A model generated the notes under the pieces. It had not been told where the DNA came from, searched no databases, and saw only the letters and a program-made list of their open reading frames with translations. From an uncultured Bifidobacteriaceae bacterium (GTDB lineage: Bacteria > Acidobacteriota > Vicinamibacteria > Vicinamibacterales > JAENWD01), in contig CAYUPN010000001.1 of NCBI GenBank assembly GCA_964446605.1, forward strand, positions 71,692 through 135,691: 64,000 nucleotides of DNA, in the 5' to 3' direction. This document shows, piece after piece, positions 37,476 to 48,386 of the stretch (the stretch's first letter is position 1; each line of letters begins with the position of its first letter). A program made the position numbers and the translations under genes.

Positions 37476-38765
37476 ATGAAGATTGCGGTCATCGGTACGG
37501 GCTACGTCGGCCTGGTGGTCGGAGCCTGTCTCGCGGAGACGGGCAATGACGTCGTGTGTGTGGACAAGCTGGAATCCAAGGTCCGGATGCTGCGGCGCGG
37601 CCGCATGCCGATCTACGAGCCGGGTCTCGAGGAGCTGGTCCAGCGCAACAAGAAGCGGCTGACGTTCACCACGCAGCTGGCCCGCGCCGTGCGCGCCGCC
37701 GAGATCGTCTTCGTCGCCGTCGGCACGCCGCAGGGGGAGGATGGATCGGCCGACCTGCGGCACGTGCTCGACGTCGCGCGCGAGATCGGGCGCGCGATGA
37801 ACGGCTACAAGGTGATCGTGGACAAGAGCACCGTGCCCGTCGGCACGGCCGCCATGGTGCGCGAGATCCTGCGCCGCGAGACGACGCATCCCTTCAGCGT
37901 GGTCAGCAACCCCGAATTCCTCAAGCAGGGGGCGGCGGTCGAGGACTTCCTCAAGCCGGATCGCGTGGTCGTCGGGGCGGAGGACGACAAGGCGCGGCGG
38001 ATCATGCAGGAGCTGTACGCGCCGTTCACGCGGACGGGCGCGCCGATCCTGATGATGGACTGCGCCAGCGCGGAATTGTCGAAGTACGCCGCCAACGCGC
38101 TGCTCGCGACGAAGATCTCGTTCATGAACGAGGTCGCGAACGTCTGCGAGCTGGTCGGCGCGAACGTCGACGACGTCCGCCGCGCGGTGGGGTCCGACCG
38201 GCGCATCGGCCCGTCGTTCCTGTTCCCCGGGGTCGGCTACGGCGGCAGCTGTTTCCCGAAGGACGTCAAGGCCATCCTGCACTTCTCGACCCTGAAGGGC
38301 TACGATTTCAGGATCCTCGAGGCCGTCGAGTCCGTGAACCAGCGGCAGAAGTCGCGGCTCGTCGACAAGATGGTCGCGCATTTCGGCACGCTGGAGGGGC
38401 GCACGATCGCGCTCTGGGGGCTGGCCTTCAAGCCGCGCACCGACGACATGCGCGAGGCGCCGGCCATCACCATCATCGAGCGGCTGCTCGCCGCCGGCGC
38501 GCGCGTGCAGGCGTTCGATCCGGAGGCGATGCGCGTGGCGCGCGGCATCTTCGGGGCCCGGATCACGCTCTGCGACGGCAGCTACGACGCCCTCAAGGGG
38601 GCGCACGCGCTGGCGATCGTCACCGAGTGGAACGAGTTCCGGGAACCCGACTTCGGCCGGATGCGGCGGCTGCTGCGCGAGCCGGTGATTTTCGATGGGC
38701 GGAACATCTACAGCCCTGAGGTCATGAAGGAGCAGGGCTTCGTGTACTACTCAATCGGACGCTGA
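37476..38765 (+). CDS. ugd: UDP-glucose 6-dehydrogenase
   Basis: Terminal 429 codons of the composite ORF 36129..38765; ATG at 37476. Motifs: MKIAVIGTGYVGLVVGACLA, GYGGSCFPKDV, LAFKPRTDDMREAP. Confidence 0.9.
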   Translation: MKIAVIGTGYVGLVVGACLAETGNDVVCVDKLESKVRMLRRGRMPIYEPGLEELVQRNKKRLTFTTQLARAVRAAEIVFVAVGTPQGEDGSADLRHVLDVAREIGRAMNGYKVIVDKSTVPVGTAAMVREILRRETTHPFSVVSNPEFLKQGAAVEDFLKPDRVVVGAEDDKARRIMQELYAPFTRTGAPILMMDCASAELSKYAANALLATKISFMNEVANVCELVGANVDDVRRAVGSDRRIGPSFLFPGVGYGGSCFPKDVKAILHFSTLKGYDFRILEAVESVNQRQKSRLVDKMVAHFGTLEGRTIALWGLAFKPRTDDMREAPAITIIERLLAAGARVQAFDPEAMRVARGIFGARITLCDGSYDALKGAHALAIVTEWNEFREPDFGRMRRLLREPVIFDGRNIYSPEVMKEQGFVYYSIGR

Positions 38766-39475
38766 TGGCCGGGCTGCGCGGCATTCTCACGGACCCCCTG
38801 CTCTCGGTCGTGATGCCCTGCTACAACGAGCGGGCCACGATCGAGGAAATCGTGGGCCGGGTCCTCGCCGTACCGCTTCGCATCGAGCTCATCGTCGTCG
38901 ACGACGGGTCGACCGACGGGACGCGGGAGATTCTGCAGGCGCTCCAGCGCGCGCACGGATTCACGCTGGTGCTGCAGGAGCGCAACCAGGGCAAGGGGGC
39001 GGCGCTCCGCCGGGGATTCCAGGAAGTGACCGGGGACCTGGTCGTCATCCAGGACGCGGATCTCGAGTACTCTCCGGAGGAATACCCCGAGCTGATTGAG
39101 CTCATCTGCCAGGGACGCGCCGACGTCGTCTACGGGTCGCGCTTCCTCGGCCGGCATCGCGTGTTCCTGTTCACGCACTACATGGGGAACGTGTTCCTCA
39201 CGTTCGTGACGAACCTGCTCTACAACACGATGCTGACCGACATGGAGACCTGCTTCAAGGTGATGCGCACCGAGGTGCTCCGGTCGATGACGCTCCGGTC
39301 GAGCAGCTTCGGCATCGAGCCGGAGCTGACGGCGAAGATTTTCAAGCGCGGCTACCGGGTCTACGAAGTGCCCATCACTTATGACGGCCGCGGCTACGAC
39401 GAGGGCAAGAAGATCACCTGGCGCGACGGGGTCGTCGCGCTCTGGGTGCTCCTGAAGTACCGCTTCACCGAGTGA
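38765..39475 (+). CDS. Glycosyltransferase family 2 (polyprenol-phosphate glycosyltransferase-like)
   Basis: 236 aa. Motifs: LSVVMPCYNERATIEEIV, VVDDGSTDGT, IQDADLEYSP. The start shares one nt with the ugd stop (TGATG). Confidence 0.85.
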   Translation: MAGLRGILTDPLLSVVMPCYNERATIEEIVGRVLAVPLRIELIVVDDGSTDGTREILQALQRAHGFTLVLQERNQGKGAALRRGFQEVTGDLVVIQDADLEYSPEEYPELIELICQGRADVVYGSRFLGRHRVFLFTHYMGNVFLTFVTNLLYNTMLTDMETCFKVMRTEVLRSMTLRSSSFGIEPELTAKIFKRGYRVYEVPITYDGRGYDEGKKITWRDGVVALWVLLKYRFTE

Positions 39476-41277
39476 CCGCGCTTCTCCGTCTGCTCCGCTA
39501 CGCAGCCCCGCATCGCCTGCGCCTCGGCTGGGCGATCCTGGCGATGCTCGTCTATGCCGCCGCCTCGGCCTGGCATCTCTATCTGATCAAGCCGATCTTC
39601 GACAGCGTCCTGCCGCATCAGGAGCAGGTCGCCTTCGTGGCGACGGCGATCGTTCTCGCCTATGTGGCGAAAGGGCTGGGCGCCTATTTCTCGAACTACC
39701 TGATGGCCGACGTCGGGCAGCGCGTCGTGCGCGACCTGCGCGACGGTCTGCACCGCCACATGCTCGGCCAGTCGGCGGCGTTCTTCGCGCGCCGCTCGAC
39801 GGGCCAGCTCCTCTCCCGGCTGACCAACGACGTCGCCCAGGTGCAGCACGTCGTCGCGGAGACGATCGGCGACCTGCTGCGCGAGTCGCTCGCGCTCGTC
39901 GGGTACGGGATCCTCCTGTTCTCGCTCGACGCGCGCCTGGCGCTGGTCTGCGTGACCGGCGCGCCGGTCATCGTCTATCCGCTGGCGCAGCTCGGACGGC
40001 GCATGCGCCGCATGAGCCGCCGCAGCCAGGAGGCGCTGGAGCACCTGTCCCACGTGGCGGGCGAGGCATTCTCGGGCCACCGCATCGTCAAGGCCTTCGG
40101 CGCGGAGGAACGGGAAGGGGCGCGGTTCCGCGCCGCATCGCGGCAGCATTACCTGACGAGCATGAAGGTCACGCGCCTCGTCTCGGTGCTGCCGCCTCTG
40201 ATGGAGCTGCTGGGCGGGCTCGCCATCGCCGGCGCGCTGTACTACGGCAGCCGGGAGATTGCGTCGGGACGGCTCACCACCGGCGATTTCGCCGCGTTCA
40301 TCGGCGCCCTGCTGATGATGTACGGGCCGGTCAAGCGGCTGAGCCGCGTCAATGCGAGCCTGCAGCAGGCCATTGCCGGCGCCGAGCGCGTGTTCGAAGT
40401 CCTCGATCGGCACACCGAGGTCGTGGAGAAGCCGGACGCGGGGCCGCTGGCGCCGTTCCGCGAGACGATCGAGCTCGACGACGTCGTGTTCGCCTACGAG
40501 GACGGGCACGGCAAGCCGATTCTGCGCGGGGTGAGCCTCACCGTGCGCGCCGGGCAGATGATCGCGCTCGTCGGCCGCAGCGGCGCCGGCAAGACGACGC
40601 TGGTCAACATGCTGCCGCGGTTCTACGACGTCACCGGCGGCGCCATCCGGATCGACGGCGTCGACATCCGCGACGTCACGCTCGCCTCGCTCCGCGCGCA
40701 GATCGGCATCGTCACGCAGGAGACCATCCTCTTCGACGACACCATCGCCGGGAACATCGCCTACGGCAGGCCCGACGCGTCCAGGGAGGCCATCGAGGCC
40801 GCGGCGCGCGCGGCGCACGCGCACGACTTCATCCGCACCCTGCCCGAAGGCTACGAGACCGTCATCGGCGAGCGGGGACAGCGGCTGTCGGGCGGGCAGC
40901 GGCAGCGGATCGCCATCGCGCGCGCGATCCTCAAGGATTCGCCGATCCTCATCCTGGACGAGGCGACCTCCTCGCTCGACACCGAGTCGGAGCTGCTCGT
41001 GCAGGAAGCGCTCGCGAACCTGATGAAGAACCGGACGTCGTTCGTCATCGCGCACCGGCTCTCGACCGTCCGTCGCGCCGACGCCATCCTCGTGATGGAT
41101 CGCGGCCGGATCGTCGAGGTCGGCCGCCACGAGGAGCTGCTGGCGCGCGCCGGCAGCCTCTACTCGCGGCTCTACCAGATGCAGCTGCTCGAGACGCGCC
41201 GGCCGTCCGAGCGGCAGGCGGAACCTGCCGTGCTCGGCGACGGCGACCGGCGGGAAAAGAAGGCGGATCCGGCATGA
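39472..41277 (+). CDS. ABC exporter, fused permease/ATPase (MsbA-like half transporter)
   Basis: 601 aa with a six-TM N-terminal half. Motifs: GRSGAGKTT (Walker A), LSGGQRQRIAIARA, ILILDEATS. GTG start overlaps the GT2 stop (GTGA). Confidence 0.85.
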   Translation: MTALLRLLRYAAPHRLRLGWAILAMLVYAAASAWHLYLIKPIFDSVLPHQEQVAFVATAIVLAYVAKGLGAYFSNYLMADVGQRVVRDLRDGLHRHMLGQSAAFFARRSTGQLLSRLTNDVAQVQHVVAETIGDLLRESLALVGYGILLFSLDARLALVCVTGAPVIVYPLAQLGRRMRRMSRRSQEALEHLSHVAGEAFSGHRIVKAFGAEEREGARFRAASRQHYLTSMKVTRLVSVLPPLMELLGGLAIAGALYYGSREIASGRLTTGDFAAFIGALLMMYGPVKRLSRVNASLQQAIAGAERVFEVLDRHTEVVEKPDAGPLAPFRETIELDDVVFAYEDGHGKPILRGVSLTVRAGQMIALVGRSGAGKTTLVNMLPRFYDVTGGAIRIDGVDIRDVTLASLRAQIGIVTQETILFDDTIAGNIAYGRPDASREAIEAAARAAHAHDFIRTLPEGYETVIGERGQRLSGGQRQRIAIARAILKDSPILILDEATSSLDTESELLVQEALANLMKNRTSFVIAHRLSTVRRADAILVMDRGRIVEVGRHEELLARAGSLYSRLYQMQLLETRRPSERQAEPAVLGDGDRREKKADPA

Positions 41278-42161
41278 TCAAGTCGATGACGGGCTTTGCG
41301 TCGCTGACGCACGACGCCGGGAGCGCGGCGGTGGGGGTCACCATCCGGGCCGTGAATCACCGGTTCCTCGATTTGCAGCTGCGGCTGCCGTCGGGTCTGG
41401 CCGACCGCGAGACGCGCATCCGGGGGCTGGTTCAGCAGGCGGTCGCCCGCGGGCGGGTGGAGATCGCCGTGAGCGTGCAGTCCCGCGTGGTGCCCGTGCC
41501 GCAGGTCGAGCTGAACGAGCCGTACATCGCGGCGCTCGAAACCGCGCTGGAGCACGCCCGGACGCGCGGCATCGTCTCCGGCCATCTCACGCCCGGCGAC
41601 CTCGTGCGCCTGCCGCATGCGATCGTCGTGCGCGACGCGCCGCCGGACGAGGAGGCCGCCGAGACGCTCGGCGCCCACGTGGATCGCGCGATCGAGGAGG
41701 CGCTCGGCGCGCTGGAGCGGATGCGGGTCCATGAAGGGGAACACCTGCGGCAGGACCTGGAGGCGCGCCGCGCCGGGCTTGCGGACCTGATCGAACAGAT
41801 CGCCCGGGCCGCGACGGCCGGGGCCGAAGGCCTCCGCGAGCGGCTGGCCGCGCGGGTGGAGGAGCTGACCGCCGACCTCGCCGTCGACCGCGCCGCCATC
41901 GCGCAGGAGATCGTGCGCGTCGTCGGGCGGTCGGACATCAGCGAGGAGGTGACGCGGTTCCGCGCGCATCTGGTCCACTGGACGTCGCTCGTCGACGCAC
42001 CGGAGCCGTGCGGCCGGAAGCTGGACTTCCTGCTGCAGGAGATGAACCGGGAGATCAACACCATCGGCGCCAAGGCCGACGGCAGCGCGGTGTCGGCGCT
42101 CGTCGTCGCCGCCAAGGCGGAGCTGGAGAAGATGCGGGAGCAGGTTCAGAATGTCGAGTGA
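41274..42161 (+). CDS. yicC: YicC-family stress-induced protein / endoribonuclease
   Basis: 295 aa. N-terminus MIKSMTGFA; C-terminus KLDFLLQEMNREINTIGAKA. Confidence 0.85.
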   Translation: MIKSMTGFASLTHDAGSAAVGVTIRAVNHRFLDLQLRLPSGLADRETRIRGLVQQAVARGRVEIAVSVQSRVVPVPQVELNEPYIAALETALEHARTRGIVSGHLTPGDLVRLPHAIVVRDAPPDEEAAETLGAHVDRAIEEALGALERMRVHEGEHLRQDLEARRAGLADLIEQIARAATAGAEGLRERLAARVEELTADLAVDRAAIAQEIVRVVGRSDISEEVTRFRAHLVHWTSLVDAPEPCGRKLDFLLQEMNREINTIGAKADGSAVSALVVAAKAELEKMREQVQNVE

Positions 42162-42774
42162 GCAGCGCGGACAGCTGTTCATCGTGTCGGCGCCGTCCGG
42201 AACCGGCAAGACGACGCTGGTGGAGCGGCTCGTGCCGGGAATGGCGAACCTGGTGCTGTCGCGGTCGTTCACGTCGCGGCCGCCGCGGCCGGGGGAGTGC
42301 GACGGGGTCGACTATAATTTCATCGGGCGCGAGCGCTTCGAGGCGATGATCGCGGCCGGGGACTTCCTTGAGCACGCGGACGTGTTCGGGAACTACTACG
42401 GCACGTCGGCCGCCGAGACGGAGCGGGTGCTGGCATCCGGGCAGGACCTGGTGCTCGTAATCGACGTCCAGGGCGCCCGGCAGGTGCGGCTCCGCGGGCT
42501 CGAGAGCGTCGGCATCTTCGTCCTGCCGCCGTCCTACGCCGTGCTGGAAGAGCGGCTGCGCCGCCGCAGCAAGGACAGCGAGGAGGCCATCCGCCGGCGT
42601 CTCACGACGGCGCGGCAGGAGGTCGGCGCGGTCGGCGAGTACGACTACGTCGTGGTCAACGACCAGGTCGACACCGCGGTGGGGCACCTGCGCTGCATCA
42701 TCGAGGCGGAGCGGGCGCGCCGCGCGCGGATGGGTCCGGTGGCCGCGGAGATCATCGAGACGTTCCGCGTCTGA
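42151..42774 (+). CDS. gmk: Guanylate kinase
   Basis: 207 aa. Motifs: LFIVSAPSGTGKTTL, SRSFTSRPPRPGE, DGVDYNF. Confidence 0.93.
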   Translation: MSSEQRGQLFIVSAPSGTGKTTLVERLVPGMANLVLSRSFTSRPPRPGECDGVDYNFIGRERFEAMIAAGDFLEHADVFGNYYGTSAAETERVLASGQDLVLVIDVQGARQVRLRGLESVGIFVLPPSYAVLEERLRRRSKDSEEAIRRRLTTARQEVGAVGEYDYVVVNDQVDTAVGHLRCIIEAERARRARMGPVAAEIIETFRV

Positions 42775-42804
42775 CGCGCACCCGGCGCAGCCCGGGATAT
42801 CACC

Positions 42805-44025
42805 ATGGCTCTCATCGCACTGGGCGTCTCCGGCGGCATCGGCGCGTACAAGGCCGTCGAAGTCGCGCGCGGGTTGCAGAAGGCCGGCCACGACGTCGTC
42901 GCGGTGATGACGCGTTCGGCGCGGCGCTTCGTCGGCGAGGTGACCTTCGAGGCCATCACGAGACGCCGGGTCGTCACGACGCAGTGGCGGCCGGGGGCGA
43001 ATGCCGACATCGAACACATCGCGCTGGCCTCGGAGATCGCGCTGCTGATCGTCGCGCCGGCGACCGCCAACATCATCGGGAAAATGGCCGGCGGCATCGC
43101 GGACGACTTCCTCTCGGCGCTTTATCTGGCCACTCCCGCGCCCGTGCTGATCGCGCCGGCGATGAACAGCAACATGCTGGCGCACCCCGCCGTGCAGCGG
43201 AACCTCGAGATCCTGACGGCGCGCGGCGTCCACGTCGTCCAGCCGGGCGAAGGCTATCTCGCCTGCGGCTGGATCGGGCGGGGACGACTGGCCGACCCCG
43301 CCGACGTCGTGGCGGCGGCCGCGCGCGTGCTCGCGGGGACCGGCACGCTTGGCGGCCGGCGGATTCTGGTCACCGCAGGGCCGACCTGCGAGGACATCGA
43401 TCCCGTCCGGTTCGTCGGGAACCGGTCCAGTGGCCGCATGGGGTACGCCATCGCCGCGGAGGCGGCACGCCGGGGGGCCGCCGTCACGCTGGTGTCCGGC
43501 CCGACGTCACTGACGCCGCCGCCGGTGGAGGTCGTGCGGGTGCGGTCGGCCGCCGAGATGCACCGCGCGGTGCACGAGCGGCTGTCCGGCGCCGACGCGC
43601 TGATCATGGCGGCCGCCGTCGCCAACTACACGCCGGACGCACCGGCCGCGCAGAAGCTGCCGCACGACACCGCGGAGCTGGTCCTGCGCCTGAAGCCGAC
43701 GGCCGACATTCTCGCCGACGCCGCCGCCTGGCGCGCGCGCGAGCGCCGGACGGCGCCGCTGCTCGTGGGCTTCGCGGCCGAGACGCACGACGTTCTGCCC
43801 CGCGCCCGCGCGAAGCGCGAGAAGAAGGGCATCGACGTCATCGTCGCGAACGACGTCTCGCGGGCGGATGCCGGCTTCGAGGTCGATGCCAACGCCGCCA
43901 CGATCATCGGTCCGCACGGCGAGGAGACGGTGCCGCTCGCATCGAAGCGCGCGATTGCCGCGACGATCGTGGACCGGCTCGAGTCGTGGCTCTCCAGCCC
44001 CGCGCAGACTCCGACACCCGCATGA
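42805..44025 (+). CDS. coaBC: Bifunctional phosphopantothenoylcysteine decarboxylase / phosphopantothenate-cysteine ligase
   Basis: 406 aa. Motifs: GVSGGIGAYKAVEVAR, APAMNSNM, GNRSSGRMG, ANDVS. Confidence 0.93.
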   Translation: MALIALGVSGGIGAYKAVEVARGLQKAGHDVVAVMTRSARRFVGEVTFEAITRRRVVTTQWRPGANADIEHIALASEIALLIVAPATANIIGKMAGGIADDFLSALYLATPAPVLIAPAMNSNMLAHPAVQRNLEILTARGVHVVQPGEGYLACGWIGRGRLADPADVVAAAARVLAGTGTLGGRRILVTAGPTCEDIDPVRFVGNRSSGRMGYAIAAEAARRGAAVTLVSGPTSLTPPPVEVVRVRSAAEMHRAVHERLSGADALIMAAAVANYTPDAPAAQKLPHDTAELVLRLKPTADILADAAAWRARERRTAPLLVGFAAETHDVLPRARAKREKKGIDVIVANDVSRADAGFEVDANAATIIGPHGEETVPLASKRAIAATIVDRLESWLSSPAQTPTPA

Positions 44026-44828
44026 GCACGCCCAGGGATCTCGCCGCCCACCTGCGCTACTTCAGCGAGCTCGGCGTCACCGGCTACTCGCGCGACCGTG
44101 CCTGGCGTCGGCGCCCGGGTGATGCCCCCGCGGCCGTTGCCAACGACCTGCCCGGCGATGCACAGGCAGCAGGCCGGGAGATTCCGGCGGCTGCGGAAGG
44201 GCAGAGCGCCGCGGGATCGACGCCGGACACGCCGGCAACCGGTGTCATGCCGGCGGTCGATCTGACGCTGCCGGCGGACGAGCGGCTGCGCCGCATCCGC
44301 GACGAGATGGGCGACTGCGTCCGGTGCCGGCTGCATGCGGGGCGCACGAACCTCGTGTTCGGCGTCGGCAGTCCCGAAGCGCCGGTGATGTTCATCGGTG
44401 AGGGACCGGGAGCCGAGGAGGACGAACAGGGGGAGCCGTTCGTGGGGCGCGCGGGGCAGCTGCTTACGCAGATCATCAAGGCGATGGGGTACGCGCGCGA
44501 GCAGGTGTACATCGCCAACGTCGTGAAGTGCCGCCCTCCCGGCAACCGGAATCCGGAGCCGGACGAAATCGCCGCGTGCTCGCCGTTCCTGCGCGCCCAG
44601 ATTGCCGCAATCAGGCCGCGGGTGATCGTCGCGCTCGGGAAGTTCGCGGCGCAGACGCTGCTCCGGACCGACACGCCGATTTCACGGCTGCGCGGCCGTT
44701 TCCACCAGCTCGACGGCGTCCCGGTGATGCCGACCTTCCACCCGTCGTACCTGCTGCGCAACCAGGCCGCGAAGCGGGAGGTCTGGGAGGACATGAAGCA
44801 GGTGATGACGCTCCTGGCGGAGGCGTAG
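44022..44828 (+). CDS. Uracil-DNA glycosylase, family 4, with an N-terminal extension
   Basis: Terminal 268 codons of the composite ORF 42984..44828. ATG at 44022 overlaps the coaBC stop (ATGA). Motifs: [47 protein letters not shown]. Confidence 0.85.
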   Translation: MSTPRDLAAHLRYFSELGVTGYSRDRAWRRRPGDAPAAVANDLPGDAQAAGREIPAAAEGQSAAGSTPDTPATGVMPAVDLTLPADERLRRIRDEMGDCVRCRLHAGRTNLVFGVGSPEAPVMFIGEGPGAEEDEQGEPFVGRAGQLLTQIIKAMGYAREQVYIANVVKCRPPGNRNPEPDEIAACSPFLRAQIAAIRPRVIVALGKFAAQTLLRTDTPISRLRGRFHQLDGVPVMPTFHPSYLLRNQAAKREVWEDMKQVMTLLAEA

Positions 44829-44867
44829 GGCGCCGGTGTTCCGAGCGCCCGTGCCACCTGCTCCGCC

Positions 44868-47297
44868 ATGTACGTCCAGATCGCCGTTCCCGTTCCCAAT
44901 CTCCCCGCGCTGACCTACGCGTCTCCGCCCGAGCTCGGCATGCCGTCGCGAGGCGCGCGCGTGCTGGTGCCGCTCGGCAGCCGTACGCTGACCGGATGCG
45001 TGCTCGGTCCGGCCGACGAGCCTCCGCGCGGCGATGTTCGCGCCCTGCTGGACGTGCTCGATGACACGCCGTTCCTCCCGGATGACGTCATCGATCTCGC
45101 CCTGTGGGTGGCCGACTACTACCTCTGCGGGCCCGGCGACGCGATTGCGGCCGCGATGCCTCCCGGGGCGTGGGTGACGAGCGAACGGCGGTTCCGGATC
45201 ACCGCCGCGGGACGCCTCGCGCGGCCGCGCGATCCGCTGGAGTCGGCGATCCTGGAGCGCATTGCGAAAGGACCTCGCACGGCCAGCGCGCTCTCGAGGC
45301 TGGGCCCTGCCTCCCGGATCGGATCGGCGCTCCGGGGGCTCGAGCGCGCGGGACTCGTCGAACGCGTCGAACGGCTGACCGGCCGCGCCGACGCATCGGT
45401 CACCGAATTCATCGCGATGCCGACGCCCGCGGGGCAGAGCGCCGCTGCGGGTGGCGCGGAGGGAGCCGTTCCGCTGGGGCGGCGCCAGCGCGCGGCGCTC
45501 GAAATGCTGGCGGCCCTGCCGCAAGGCGCGCCCGCCCCGGTGCTCCGTGAGCGCGGCGTCGATCTCGGAACGCTTCGCCGCCTCGCGGCGCGGGGACTGG
45601 TCCATCTGCGGGAGGAGCGGCGCGAACGCGATCCGTTCGCGGCAGACGCGCCGGTCGAGTGGTGTCCGGACCGTCCGGTGACAGGGGAGCAGGCGGCGGC
45701 ACTCGAAGCCCTGGGGGCGCGGCTCGACGCAGGTTCGTACGAGGTCGCGCTGCTGCAGGGCGTGACGGGCAGCGGGAAGACCGAGGTGTACCTGCGGCTC
45801 GCGCAGCGGGCGCTCGACGCCGGGCGCCGGGTGCTCGTCCTGGTGCCGGAGATCGCGCTGACGCCCCAGGTCGCCGCGCTCTTCCGCGCGGCGTTCGGAT
45901 CCCGGGTGGCCGTCCAGCACAGCGGGCTGCCGGACGGCGCGCGCCACGACCAGTGGCACCGCATCCGGCGCGGCGAGGTGGACCTCGTCGTCGGCACACG
46001 GTCGGCGGTCTTCGCGCCCGTCTCCGACCTCGGCCTGATCATCGTCGACGAAGAGCACGACGGCTCGTACAAGCAGGACGAGTCGCCGCGGTACAACGGC
46101 CGCGACGTCGCGATCGTCCGCGCCAGGAACGCCGGGGCGCTCGTGGTCCTCGGCTCGGCGACGCCGTCCATGGAGAGCCGCACGAACAGCGAGTCCGGGC
46201 GCTACGCCCGGGTCGTGCTGACGCGCCGCGTCCTGGACCGTCCGCTCGCCGCGGTGCGCGTCGTGGACATGCGGGAGGAGTACGCCGAGGCGGGGCCGGA
46301 CGTGATTCTCAGCCGCGAGCTGGCCGAGGCCATCGAAGGGCGGCGCGCGGCGGGGGAGGCGGCGCTGCTGCTGCTCAACCGGCGCGGCATGGCGACCTCG
46401 GTCATGTGCCGGCAGTGCGCGCACGTGCTGGAGTGTCCGAACTGCAGCGTCTCGCTGACGGTGCATCGCGCCGCGGGCGGGCACTCGCGCGCGGTGTGCC
46501 ACTACTGCAACTACTCGATGCGGGTCCCGGCGGCATGCGTGCGATGCGCCGCGCCGTACCTCGAGCAGCTCGGATTCGGCACGGCACGCGTGCTGGAGGA
46601 AGTCGAGCGGCTGTTCCCCGGGATCCGCGCGGCGCGCCTGGATCGCGACACGACCCAGCGCCGCGGCACGCTGCAGGCGCTGCTCGATCGCTTCCGGGGG
46701 GGCGCGCTCGATCTGATCGTCGGCACCCAGATGCTGGCGAAGGGGCACGACTTCCCGCGCGTGACGCTCGTCGGGGTCGTGTCGGCGGACGTGGGACTCG
46801 GCGTCGCCGACTTCCGGGCCGCCGAGCGCACCTTCCAGCTGCTCACCCAGGTCGCCGGGCGGGCCGGACGGGGGGACGCGCCCGGCGAGGCCATCATCCA
46901 GACGGTACATCCCGACCACTACAGCATCAGGCTGGCGTGCGGCCAGGACTACGATGCGTTTTACGTCGAGGAGCTGCGCTACCGTCGGGCCATGCACTAT
47001 CCGCCCGACGTCGGCCTGGTGAACCTGATCGTGCGGGGACCGAGCTACGCCCGCGCGATGCAGGACGCGGCGGATCTCGCCGCGCAGCTCAGACGGCACG
47101 GCGGACGGGCCTTCGCGATGCTGGGACCCGCGCCGGCGCCGCTCGCCCGCCTGCGCGGTGAGTACCGCGCGCAGATTTTCCTCAAGACGCGCCAGCGCAC
47201 GGCGACGCGCGAGGCGCTCCGGACCGCGCTTGCGGCAGCGGCCCCGGAGCTCCGGCGCCGGATCACCGTGGACGTCGATCCGGTCGGTCTCCTGTAA
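44868..47297 (+). CDS. priA: Primosomal protein N' (replication restart helicase)
   Basis: 809 aa. Motifs: [11 protein letters not shown] (Walker A), IIVDEEHD, a Cys-rich zinc region ([20 protein letters not shown]...CHYC...C.RC), and [11 protein letters not shown]. Confidence 0.92.
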   Translation: MYVQIAVPVPNLPALTYASPPELGMPSRGARVLVPLGSRTLTGCVLGPADEPPRGDVRALLDVLDDTPFLPDDVIDLALWVADYYLCGPGDAIAAAMPPGAWVTSERRFRITAAGRLARPRDPLESAILERIAKGPRTASALSRLGPASRIGSALRGLERAGLVERVERLTGRADASVTEFIAMPTPAGQSAAAGGAEGAVPLGRRQRAALEMLAALPQGAPAPVLRERGVDLGTLRRLAARGLVHLREERRERDPFAADAPVEWCPDRPVTGEQAAALEALGARLDAGSYEVALLQGVTGSGKTEVYLRLAQRALDAGRRVLVLVPEIALTPQVAALFRAAFGSRVAVQHSGLPDGARHDQWHRIRRGEVDLVVGTRSAVFAPVSDLGLIIVDEEHDGSYKQDESPRYNGRDVAIVRARNAGALVVLGSATPSMESRTNSESGRYARVVLTRRVLDRPLAAVRVVDMREEYAEAGPDVILSRELAEAIEGRRAAGEAALLLLNRRGMATSVMCRQCAHVLECPNCSVSLTVHRAAGGHSRAVCHYCNYSMRVPAACVRCAAPYLEQLGFGTARVLEEVERLFPGIRAARLDRDTTQRRGTLQALLDRFRGGALDLIVGTQMLAKGHDFPRVTLVGVVSADVGLGVADFRAAERTFQLLTQVAGRAGRGDAPGEAIIQTVHPDHYSIRLACGQDYDAFYVEELRYRRAMHYPPDVGLVNLIVRGPSYARAMQDAADLAAQLRRHGGRAFAMLGPAPAPLARLRGEYRAQIFLKTRQRTATREALRTALAAAAPELRRRITVDVDPVGLL

Positions 47298-47321
47298 CTC
47301 CCCGCGGCGGGACGCCGCGTC

Positions 47322-48329
47322 TCAGTTCCCGGGCTGCGGCGAGACGAGATCGGCCAGCTCGATTGGCGCCGGCGTGAAGCAGACGACGAAGATCACCGCG
47401 GCCAGGATGGCGAGGGCGGTCCGTGTCGGATCGAGCGGCACGTCCTCGTCGAGCACGCGCGGATGCCGCGCGCCGGCGAGCCACAGCATCACGATGATCA
47501 TCAGGGTCCACACCAGCCAGCTCAGCGAGATGGTCGTCAGGACGAGAGCGACGCCCAGCGTCGCATAGGTGATCAGCGTCGAGCGCTGCCCGAACACCGC
47601 GTACGAAATGTGACCACCGTCGAGCTGTGCGATGGGGAAGAGATTGAGGGCGGTGGCGAGCAGCCCGAACCAGGCGGCAAACGCCATCGGGTGCATATTG
47701 AGGACGAGGCCGTCCGGCGGCGTGCCCCAGACGAGCCACGTCGCCCACTGGAACAGCAGCGGCTCGCCGAGCGTGAGCACGCCTTCGAGCTGCGTGGGCG
47801 CCGGAACGAGCCGCGAGAGCGCGATGCCGCCGAAGAGCGCCGGCACCGCGACGACGAAGCCGGCGATCGGACCGGCGATGCCGATGTCGAAGAGCGCGCG
47901 CTTGGCGAGGATCGGCTCGCGAATCCGGATCACCGCGCCGAAGGTGCCCGTGAGCACGCCGTAGATCGGGATGAAGAACGGCAGCGTCGCGTCAATCCGG
48001 TAGTACCGGCAGGCCAGGTAGTGCCCCATCTCGTGCGACCCGAGAATGGCGAGAATCGTCGCGCTGTACCAGACGCCGTGCGGCAGGAGCTCGCGGAAGT
48101 CGGCCCGGAAGCCCCGGTTGAAGTCGCTGAGGAAGCCGGCGTAGTGGTCGACACCCGTCAGCCACGTCGTGACGAGCGTCAGGAGGAACAGCGTGACGTG
48201 GAGCCACACCCGGGTCGGCCGCCGCGGCCGGTCCAGGAGCTGCGGCGGCGGGCGTTCGGGCCAGCCTGCGGACCGGGACTCGTCCTCGAAAGGGCGAAAG
48301 GGCAGTGAAGAAGGTACGTTGGAACTCAC
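47322..48329 (-). CDS. Site-2 protease family (M50) membrane metalloprotease
   Basis: 335 aa and polytopic. HEMGHYLA (HExxH) and a downstream LFPIAQLDGGH motif. Confidence 0.85.
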   Translation of the reverse strand: MSSNVPSSLPFRPFEDESRSAGWPERPPPQLLDRPRRPTRVWLHVTLFLLTLVTTWLTGVDHYAGFLSDFNRGFRADFRELLPHGVWYSATILAILGSHEMGHYLACRYYRIDATLPFFIPIYGVLTGTFGAVIRIREPILAKRALFDIGIAGPIAGFVVAVPALFGGIALSRLVPAPTQLEGVLTLGEPLLFQWATWLVWGTPPDGLVLNMHPMAFAAWFGLLATALNLFPIAQLDGGHISYAVFGQRSTLITYATLGVALVLTTISLSWLVWTLMIIVMLWLAGARHPRVLDEDVPLDPTRTALAILAAVIFVVCFTPAPIELADLVSPQPGN

Positions 48330-48386
48330 GGGCGCCGGCGCGCAGCCAATCGCGAAAGGGGCGGCGTCGCCGCCGCCCGCGTCCGG

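Noticed and set aside
42775-42804. An expected rpoZ (RNA polymerase omega) between gmk and coaBC, as in many bacteria.
   Set aside because: The gap is only 30 nt and contains no ORF. rpoZ must be elsewhere, so this is noted as a synteny difference only.
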